Assembly (NCBI GenBank): GCA_048594885.1
Contig: JBMDXB010000013.1
Location: 24,115-88,114, forward strand
Source of the DNA: Vicinamibacterales bacterium
GTDB lineage: Bacteria > Acidobacteriota > Vicinamibacteria > Vicinamibacterales > 2-12-FULL-66-21
Reading direction: 5' to 3'
DNA: 64,000 nucleotides
Notes under the pieces: model-generated
The model's input: the letters and a program-made list of their open reading frames with translations, nothing else
What the model was told of the DNA's origin: nothing
The model's database searches: none
Shown: positions 1-10,489 of the stretch, one piece after another
How the letters are laid out: each line of letters starts with the position of its first letter
Numbering within the stretch: the stretch's first letter is position 1
Made by a program: the position numbers and the translations under genes

Positions 1-71
1 ACTAGCCCTGTACCTGTACTGGCTGGTGCCCTCGAAGATGTAAGCGCTTACGACCGTCGGGAGGTCAATCG

Positions 72-3000
72 ATGTCGAGCAAGCACGTGCGAAGCGCCGT
101 CCTCGCGGCGGTCCTGCTGGCCCTGGCCGGCGCCGTCCGCGCGCAGGAATTCCGCGCGACGATCAAAGGGCAGATCGTCGACTCCAGCGGCGGCGCGCTG
201 CCGGGCGCCACCGTCACGGTGCAGAACGTCCAGACCAGCGAGGTCGCCACCGCGACGACCAACGCCGAAGGCAACTACACGATCCCATTCCTCCGCCCCG
301 GGTCCTACACCCTGACAGCGGAGCTCGCCGGCTTCACCAAGCACGTGCGCCAGGGGCTCGTGTTGCAGGTCAACGAGAACGCGACCATCAACGTGCAGCT
401 CTCGGTCGGCGGCCTGACCGAGGAAGTGTCGGTTGTCGCGGAGACGCCGCTGCTCGAAACCAACAACGCGATGCGCGGCACCGTCATCGACCAGGCACGC
501 ATCGCCGAGCTGCCGCTGCAGTCGCGCAGCCCGATGGCGCTCGTCGTCCTCGTCGCCGGCGTCAACTACAACGCGCAGGCGATCTATCTCCGTCCGTTCG
601 ACAACGGTGCGCTCGCCGACTGGTCGATGAACGGCGGGACGAACCGCAACAACGAGTTCCTGCTCGACGGCGTGCCGAACAACGCCAATCAGGGCGGCAA
701 CAACATCGCCTACGTGCCTCCGGCCGAAGCGGTGCAGGAAATGAAGATCGCCACCAATACCTATGACGCGCAGTACGGCCGCACCGCCGGCGGCGTCGTC
801 AACATGTCGCTCAAGTCGGGGACGAACGCGTTCCACGGCGTCGGCTACGACTTCATGCGCCGCAGGGCCCTGGCCGCCAACTCGTTCCTGCTCAACTCGC
901 GCAATTCACCGAAGACCGACCAGTACATCGATCAGTACGGGTTCAGCGTCGACGGTCCGATCTGGAAGAACAAGACGTTCTTCCTGTTCACCGGCGAGAA
1001 GTACCGGGAAGGCACGCCGGCCCCGTTGTTCAGCACGGTGCCGACCCCGGCGTTCAAGAACGGCGATTTCAGCGGTCTCGTGGATGCGTCGGGACGACAG
1101 ATCGTCATCTACGATCCGGCCACCGGCCGCGATGTCAACGGGGTGTGGACGCGGGATCCGTTCCCCGGCAACATCATTCCGCCGGATCGCATCAACCCGA
1201 CGGCCCGCGCGATCATGCGTTACATCCCGGACCCGAACAATGTCGACCCCTCTGTGGCGCCGTGGCAGCGGAACCTGGAGTGGGCCAGCCATTTCAACAG
1301 GGACCTGTTCTGGAACTGGGTTGGGAAAGTCGACCACAACTTCGGCGCGAACGACCGGGGCTTCTTCCGCTGGGCCGAGAACGAACGGAACGAGATTGGC
1401 AACCGGGGGAATGCCGTCCGCAGCGGTCCCGCCCAGGACGGTCAGCTGCCGCTCGTCAGGGCGAACCGCGCCATCGTCGGTGACTGGGTGCACATCTTCG
1501 GCCCCGGGACCGTCTTCAACCTGCGCGGCGGCTACACGTATTTCCTCGAGTGGAGCCAGTCGGTCCACGCGTTCGACTTCGATGCGACCGAGTTCTGGCC
1601 CAAGAGCCTCGTCGACCAGTTTCCCGCCAAGGCGCTCGGCGGCCTGTTCCCACGCATCGAGATCAATGACTTCGAGCAGTTCTCGCGCGGCACGAGTCCC
1701 AACCGCAACCGGAACTACTCGCTCCAGCCGAACGTCTCGTTGACCCGCGGCGCGCACAACATCCGCAGCGGCCTCGACATGCGGTGGACCAACGTCTACA
1801 ACGAGAACTACAACAACTCGGGTGGCCTGCTGACGTTCAGCCGCGACTTCACGGAGCGCACGCTGAACAGCACCAACGTGCTCGAAGGGAACGCGTTCGC
1901 GTCCTTCCTGCTCGGCGCGCCCAACGGCGGCAGCGTCGCCGTCAACCCGAAGCCGCACTACAAGTGGTTCTTCATGGCGCCCTGGATCCAGGACGACTGG
2001 CGCGTCAACAACCGGTGGACATTGAACCTCGGCTTCCGCTGGGACATCAACGGCTCGGTGACGGAAGCGAACAACATGCTGAACTACGCGTTCGACCCGA
2101 CGATCGTCAACCCGGTGTCGGCGCTCGTCGGTCAGCAAGTGATGGGAGGCATCCGCTTCGCCGGCGTGGACGGCGCGCCGAAACGCCCATGGAAGCTTGA
2201 CAAGAACAACTATCAGATCCGGGTCGGCACGGCCTATTCCCTCAACGACAAGACCGTGCTCCGCGCTGGCTACGGCAAGTACTTCCTCAACCCGACGAGC
2301 CAGGGGAACAATGCCGGGTTCAGCTTGTCAACGCCCTACATCGCGTCGACCGACGGCGGCCGTAATCCGACCTACGGTTTGTCGAACCCGTGGCCGGACG
2401 GGATCCTGGAGCCGCCGGGAAGCTCGCTGGGCCCGCTCACCTTCCTGGGTCGCGGCCCCGACTTCTCCAACCCCGACTTCGTCGTGCCGAGCGTGCACCA
2501 CTTCTCCGTGGGGGTGCAGCGCGAGCTGCCGTGGCGCATCAACCTCGAAGCAACCTACGCGGGAAGCCGGAGCTACGATCTCGAAGTCGGTTTCAGTGCC
2601 TACAACGACCCATCGGCGGAGTTCCAGGCGCAGTGCGACGTCACCCTGGGCGGCAGCCGCTCGTTCTGCGACCAGCAGCTGACGAACCCGTTCTTTGGCG
2701 TGCCGGGCTTCGAGGGGACGACACGGTTCACGAATCCGCGGCTGTCGCGGTTCGAACTGAATCGCCCGTTCCCCGCGTTCGGTCAAATAGACAGGAACCA
2801 GAACAACATCGGCAAACTGATCTACGACTCGGCGCAGTTCGTGGCGAACAAGCGATTGACGAAGGGCGTCACCGTCAACGCCAGCTACACGTATGTGCCG
2901 CGGTTTACCGAGATTGGCGGCTACGTGGACTCGGTCTCGGGTCTGCTGAACGACGGCCCGTACTTCTCGCACCGGAAGCATCGCATCACGGCGTCCGGCG

Positions 3001-3572
3001 TGTGGGAGATGCCCTGGTTCCGCGACGATCGGGGTCTCAAAGGACTCCTCGGCGGCTGGTCGATGGCGCCGATGCTGGTCTACCAGTCGGGCCGGCCGTG
3101 GGACATGCCCGGCAACGTCGACCTCGCGCCGGGCGTGAGCCTCGACGAGATCGCGCTGCCAGGCAAGAAGGACGGCCAGTTCATCTACGGCGTGAAGCCG
3201 TGCATCGGCCAGCGGCAGTCGAACGGTACGTATGCGCTGATCTCCGTCTCGCAGGCGTACGGCTGCACGGAGCCATACTTCCTGATCCGCGAGGCGTTCC
3301 AGCGCCGCACCGCGATGTTCCGCTACGACGAGTTCCGCCGGCCCTCGCTCTTCATGCTCGACGTGAACTTCGCCAAGACGACGCGGATCACCAATCGCCT
3401 GCGCCTGCAGGTGCGTCTCGAGGCGTTCAATCTCCTCAACAGCCCGCAGTACGACGAGCGTCAATACAATACGTCCACGACGTCGGCGGACTTCGGTCGC
3501 ATCAACCGCAACACCACCGGGCAGTCGGGCTTCCAGCGCTTCGTGCAGCTCGGGTTCCGGCTCATGTTCTGA
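72..3572 (+). CDS. TonB-dependent outer-membrane receptor with N-terminal carboxypeptidase-regulatory-like (CarboxypepD_reg) domain; tandem paralog 1
   Basis: 1166-aa ORF. Signal peptide MSSKHVRSAVLAAVLLALAGAVRAQE. CarboxypepD_reg-type signature 'GQIVDSSGGALPGATVTVQN..NAEGNYTIPFLRPGSYTLTAELAGF'. Plug-like segment 'IAELPLQSRSP'. C-terminal ...GFRLMF with terminal aromatic residue, typical of OM beta-barrels. GGGAGG lies upstream of the ATG. Confidence 0.9.
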   Translation: MSSKHVRSAVLAAVLLALAGAVRAQEFRATIKGQIVDSSGGALPGATVTVQNVQTSEVATATTNAEGNYTIPFLRPGSYTLTAELAGFTKHVRQGLVLQVNENATINVQLSVGGLTEEVSVVAETPLLETNNAMRGTVIDQARIAELPLQSRSPMALVVLVAGVNYNAQAIYLRPFDNGALADWSMNGGTNRNNEFLLDGVPNNANQGGNNIAYVPPAEAVQEMKIATNTYDAQYGRTAGGVVNMSLKSGTNAFHGVGYDFMRRRALAANSFLLNSRNSPKTDQYIDQYGFSVDGPIWKNKTFFLFTGEKYREGTPAPLFSTVPTPAFKNGDFSGLVDASGRQIVIYDPATGRDVNGVWTRDPFPGNIIPPDRINPTARAIMRYIPDPNNVDPSVAPWQRNLEWASHFNRDLFWNWVGKVDHNFGANDRGFFRWAENERNEIGNRGNAVRSGPAQDGQLPLVRANRAIVGDWVHIFGPGTVFNLRGGYTYFLEWSQSVHAFDFDATEFWPKSLVDQFPAKALGGLFPRIEINDFEQFSRGTSPNRNRNYSLQPNVSLTRGAHNIRSGLDMRWTNVYNENYNNSGGLLTFSRDFTERTLNSTNVLEGNAFASFLLGAPNGGSVAVNPKPHYKWFFMAPWIQDDWRVNNRWTLNLGFRWDINGSVTEANNMLNYAFDPTIVNPVSALVGQQVMGGIRFAGVDGAPKRPWKLDKNNYQIRVGTAYSLNDKTVLRAGYGKYFLNPTSQGNNAGFSLSTPYIASTDGGRNPTYGLSNPWPDGILEPPGSSLGPLTFLGRGPDFSNPDFVVPSVHHFSVGVQRELPWRINLEATYAGSRSYDLEVGFSAYNDPSAEFQAQCDVTLGGSRSFCDQQLTNPFFGVPGFEGTTRFTNPRLSRFELNRPFPAFGQIDRNQNNIGKLIYDSAQFVANKRLTKGVTVNASYTYVPRFTEIGGYVDSVSGLLNDGPYFSHRKHRITASGVWEMPWFRDDRGLKGLLGGWSMAPMLVYQSGRPWDMPGNVDLAPGVSLDEIALPGKKDGQFIYGVKPCIGQRQSNGTYALISVSQAYGCTEPYFLIREAFQRRTAMFRYDEFRRPSLFMLDVNFAKTTRITNRLRLQVRLEAFNLLNSPQYDERQYNTSTTSADFGRINRNTTGQSGFQRFVQLGFRLMF

Positions 3573-3576
3573 CGCT

Positions 3577-3690
3577 GGGTCCCTAGTCCCTGGACCCTGG
3601 TCCCTGGTCCCTGGCCCTTCGTCCCTGGTCCCGGGATCCGGGACCCGGGACGCGTGACCAGGGACCAGGGACTTGGGACCTGGGTCCAGG
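3577..3690. repeat. Inverted heptamer array: (TGGTCCC)n arm, central GGTCCCGG-GAT-CCGGGACC, then (GGGACCA)n arm; predicts a long imperfect hairpin
   Basis: Reads in strict period 7: gggtccc tagtccc tggaccc tggtccc tggtccc tggccct tcgtccc tggtccc | gggatcc | gggaccc gggacgc gtgacca gggacca gggactt gggacct gggtcca. Starts 5 nt after the stop codon of the upstream receptor gene. Confidence 0.85.
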
Positions 3691-3739
3691 CACCTCCGTT
3701 TGGAGTTGTCTCACCCCCTCCGCGGGTTGTATAACCTCT

Positions 3740-3777
3740 CGGACACCGCACTACACCGCTAAAGTAGGCGGTGTCCG
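3740..3777 (+). promoter_or_regulatory. Leader hairpin upstream of the second TBDR gene (10-bp perfect stem, 18-nt loop)
   Basis: cggacaccgc (3740-3749) is the exact reverse complement of gcggtgtccg (3768-3777). It lies 33 nt upstream of the ATG at 3810. Function not determinable from sequence. Confidence 0.3.
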
Positions 3778-3809
3778 TCGGTTTGCACGTTTTACGCAGG
3801 GGGATGTAG

Positions 3810-7313
<3,504 letters not shown>

Positions 7314-7316
<3 letters not shown>

Positions 7317-7397
7317 TCGCTGATCGCTGATCGCTGATCGCTGATCGCTGATCGCTGATCGCGGTTCGCTGATCGCTGATCGGGTTCGTGGTTAGCG
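7314..7397. repeat. Direct heptamer array (TGATCGC)n, about 12 units, 6 of them consecutive and perfect
   Basis: taatcgc (contains the TAA stop) followed by tgatcgc x6, ggttcgc, tgatcgc, tgatcgg, gttcgtg, gttagcg. Eight GATC sites, mostly 7 bp apart. Confidence 0.9.
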
Positions 7398-7402
7398 GTT
7401 CG

Positions 7403-7440
7403 GGGCTCGGTCGCTGCTCGTTCGAGCGGCGGCCGAGCCC
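7403..7440 (+). terminator. GC-rich hairpin, candidate intrinsic terminator after TBDR paralog 2
   Basis: gggctcggtcgc (7403-7414) pairs with gcggccgagccc (7429-7440), 11 of 12 complementary. No U-tract, so the strength of the call is limited. Confidence 0.35.
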
Positions 7441-7479
7441 TGTTTGTCTCTGGGCCGCAAACGTGCGGCACAATAAGAC

Positions 7480-10437
7480 GTGGCCGCGCGTGTCTGTTTG
7501 CTCTTCTGCGGATGCTTCGCCCTCTTGCTTCAGGGCCAGAGTGTCTCGCGGCGCATCATGTGGGACGATGCTGCGCCGCTGCATTCGTGGCTCGAGGCAC
7601 GCGGCATCACGCGCGACGCGTTTGCCTCCTACGTCGATCGCATCGCACAAGAGAACGTCCGGCGGGTTCGCGAGGGCGACCTCGATCACCTGATCTTCTA
7701 CATCCTCCAATCCACGCGGTTCACGAAACTGCCGCCGATCGAGCCGGCGCTGAGCGCGAAAGCGTTCGTCGGCTCCGGCGGCGTGCCTGACGACGCCAAG
7801 GCGCGGGCGGCCGCGTTTCTGCGCGCGCTGGACTCCAGGAAAGCAGACGATGAGCGGCTCGCGTACTTTCGCGAGCTAGCGGCGTTTGCGTTCCCCGACC
7901 GCAACACGCGCGAGGCGGCGCTGCTCGCCGAGTACGCGCGCGTGATGAAGTTCGTCTACGAAAAGGAGTTCGTCGCGCAGAAATCGATGGACCCGGCCGA
8001 CGCCGTCGCAGCGCTGTATCGCACGCGCGGGCTCAGCACCGACACCGCCGTCGAGGCGGGATTCCTCGTGCACGAGGGCCTCGCCGTGCTGAAGGCGCTC
8101 GAGCCCGAACGGCGGATCCGGCGCGTGCTGATCGTCGGGCCAGGCCTCGATCTCGCGCCGCGAACCGGCTTCGACGACGCGCGCGCCCCCGAGAGCTACC
8201 AGCCGTGGGCTGTCATCGACGCGCTGATCGGCCTGGGACTTTCGAGTGCCACCGATCTCCAGGTTGTCGCAGCGGATATCAATCCACGCGTGGTGGACCA
8301 TCTCCGCCACTCGCAGAAGACGCCGCCGGTGCTGCGGCTCGCCCCGGAGATTCGCGACAGCGGCTCCGTCTCGCTGTCGCAGGATTTTCGCGGCTACTTC
8401 GAGCAGTTGGGCGCACGGCTCGGTGAGCGCACGAGAGACGGCATTCGCGTCAACCCGCGTGTCGCGCGCGTTCTGAGGGCCGAGCCGCTCGACATCGTCA
8501 CCGAGCGGCTCACCGGCGAGCCGTTCGATCTCGCGATCGCGACGAACATCCTGCCGTACTTCGACGACGTGCAGTTGATGCTCGCGATGAGCAACATCGC
8601 GGCCATGCTGGCGCCGGGCGGCGTGTTCCTGCACAACGAGGCGCGGCCGGCGATGCACGAGATCGGCAAAGCGGTGGGGATGCCGCGGGAGCAGTCGCGC
8701 CTTGCAATCATCGCTACGGTGAAAGGCGCACCGCCGCTCGCCGACAGCGTGTGGATCCATCGGGGAGCCGGGGAGCCGGGGGGCCGGGGAGCCGGCGTGG
8801 GCGCCGAAGCGCGAAGCGCGAAGGCGGCGGGGCTTGGGTTCTCGTTCACGAACATCGCACAGCAGGCGGGGCTGACGGCGAAGACGATTTACGGCAAACA
8901 GGGCACGAACACGTACCTGATCGAGACGACGGGCACGGGCGTGGCCGTGCTCGACTACGACGCGGACGGTTGGACGGACATCTTCCTCGTCAACGGCAGC
9001 ACGCTCGAGGCGGGGGGCCCGGAAGCTGCGAATCACCTTTATCGCAATCGAGGCGATGGTACGTTCGAGGACGTCACGATTCGCGCCGGGTTGAATCACG
9101 GCGGCTGGGGGCAGGCGGCGTGCGTCGCCGACTACGACAACGACGGCCGCGACGACCTGTTCGTGACGTACTGGGGTCAGAACCGTCTCTATCGCAACCA
9201 GGAGAACGGCACGTTCGAGGACGTGACGGCGCGCGTGGGGCTCACGCACGATCGTCGCCGCTGGAGCGCCGGCTGCGCGTTTCTCGACTACGACCGCGAC
9301 GGCCGCCTCGATCTGTTCGTCGCCACCTACGTCGATCTCGATCTCGCCAACACGCCGCTGCCGTCGTCTGGGCTGTGCCGCTACAAGGGGCTGCCGGTCG
9401 CCTGCGGCCCGTCGGGGCTGCCTGGCAGCACCAACGTGCTCTATCGCAGCCGCGGCGACGGTACGTTTGCCGACGTCTCCGCCGCGTCGGGCGTCGCGAG
9501 CGCGAAAGGAGTCTACGGCCTCGGCGTATCGACGCTCGATTTCGACGGGGATGGGTGGGTCGATGTCTACGTCGCGAACGATTCGACTGCCAGCGCGTTA
9601 TATCGCAACAATCGCGACGGCACATTCACCGACATCGGCACCGAGGCAGGCTGTGCGTTCAACCAGGACGGCCGGCCGCAGGCCGGCATGGGTGTCGCGG
9701 TCGGCGACTACGATCGCAACGGGACGATGGATGTCTTCAAGACGAACTTCGCCGGTGACACGTCGACGCTCTACGGCAACACCGGCAAGGGCACCTGCGA
9801 GGATCGAACGTTCGCGAGCGGCCTCGGTGTGAACACGCGCTGGCTCGGCTGGGGCGTCAGCTTCGTCGATCTCGATCTGGATGGGTGGCTCGACCTGTTT
9901 CTCGCCAACGGCCACGTCTACCCGGAAGTGGACCAGTTGAAATCCGAGGCCGGCTACCGGCAGCCGAAGGTGGTCTATCGCAACCTGCGCAGCGGCAGAT
10001 TCGCCGACGTGACGTCGCGTCTCGGCGCGCCCGTCACGACGCCGAAGGCCGCGCGAGGCGCGGCATTCGCCGATTTCGACAACGACGGCGACGTCGACGT
10101 TGTCGTCAACAACGTCCACGACACGCCGGATCTGTTCCGGGTCGATCGGATATCGCCAGGACACTGGATCACGCTGAAGCTGGCCGGCACGCGCTCCAAC
10201 CGTAGCGCGATCGGCGCGCTCGCGCGCGTCATCACGGCGGACGGCGAGCAGCGCCAGGAGGTCCGCGGCGGCGGCAGCTACTACTCGCAGAACGACCTCC
10301 GGCTGCACTTCGGTCTGGGCGACGCCTCAGCCGTACAGCGCGTCATCGTCCGATGGCCCAGCGGCGTCGAGGAATCCTGGACGGCTCTTACGGCCAATCG
10401 GGCTCACACCCTACAAGAAGGCGCCGGAATGCGGTAG
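7480..10437 (+). CDS. Secreted fusion protein: N-terminal class-I methyltransferase-fold-like domain + C-terminal FG-GAP/VCBS repeats with ASPIC/UnbV domain (CRTAC1-like)
   Basis: 985-aa ORF with GTG start. Signal-like N-terminus MAARVCLLFCGCFALLLQGQ. Rossmann-type motifs 'RVLIVGPGLD', 'VVAADIN', 'DLAIATNILPY', 'LAPGGVFLHNE'. From about aa 445: 'FTNIAQQAGL...VAVLDYDADGWTDIFLVNG', repeated 'DYDxDGxxDL' FG-GAP units, and the UnbV signature 'GTRSNRSAIGALARV...GGGSYYSQNDLRLHFGLG...VRWPSG'. Confidence 0.75.
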   Translation: MAARVCLLFCGCFALLLQGQSVSRRIMWDDAAPLHSWLEARGITRDAFASYVDRIAQENVRRVREGDLDHLIFYILQSTRFTKLPPIEPALSAKAFVGSGGVPDDAKARAAAFLRALDSRKADDERLAYFRELAAFAFPDRNTREAALLAEYARVMKFVYEKEFVAQKSMDPADAVAALYRTRGLSTDTAVEAGFLVHEGLAVLKALEPERRIRRVLIVGPGLDLAPRTGFDDARAPESYQPWAVIDALIGLGLSSATDLQVVAADINPRVVDHLRHSQKTPPVLRLAPEIRDSGSVSLSQDFRGYFEQLGARLGERTRDGIRVNPRVARVLRAEPLDIVTERLTGEPFDLAIATNILPYFDDVQLMLAMSNIAAMLAPGGVFLHNEARPAMHEIGKAVGMPREQSRLAIIATVKGAPPLADSVWIHRGAGEPGGRGAGVGAEARSAKAAGLGFSFTNIAQQAGLTAKTIYGKQGTNTYLIETTGTGVAVLDYDADGWTDIFLVNGSTLEAGGPEAANHLYRNRGDGTFEDVTIRAGLNHGGWGQAACVADYDNDGRDDLFVTYWGQNRLYRNQENGTFEDVTARVGLTHDRRRWSAGCAFLDYDRDGRLDLFVATYVDLDLANTPLPSSGLCRYKGLPVACGPSGLPGSTNVLYRSRGDGTFADVSAASGVASAKGVYGLGVSTLDFDGDGWVDVYVANDSTASALYRNNRDGTFTDIGTEAGCAFNQDGRPQAGMGVAVGDYDRNGTMDVFKTNFAGDTSTLYGNTGKGTCEDRTFASGLGVNTRWLGWGVSFVDLDLDGWLDLFLANGHVYPEVDQLKSEAGYRQPKVVYRNLRSGRFADVTSRLGAPVTTPKAARGAAFADFDNDGDVDVVVNNVHDTPDLFRVDRISPGHWITLKLAGTRSNRSAIGALARVITADGEQRQEVRGGGSYYSQNDLRLHFGLGDASAVQRVIVRWPSGVEESWTALTANRAHTLQEGAGMR
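8761..8826 (+). repeat. In-frame micro-repeat arrays encoding the interdomain linker: (CGGGGRGC)x4 octamers, then (GAAGCGC)x2-3 heptamers
   Basis: cggggagc cggggagc cggggggc cggggagc at 8761-8792, then gaagcgc gaagcgc gaaggcg at about 8806-8826. Translated as HRGAGEPGGRGAGVGAEARSAKAAG, exactly between the MTase-like and CRTAC1-like halves. Confidence 0.8.
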
Positions 10438-10489
10438 TCTTTGTCCGGCTCACGGGTGCACTCACCACAAGTTCAGGGGTCCTCTCTCC

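Noticed and set aside
3706-3735. Sigma-70-like promoter (TTGTCT-N18-TATAAC) upstream of TBDR paralog 2. Also TACTAT 7 nt upstream of the GTG at 27369 as a leaderless-mRNA promoter
   Set aside because: Weak matches found by eye in a genome whose promoter consensus is unknown to me. The evidence is insufficient to annotate them.
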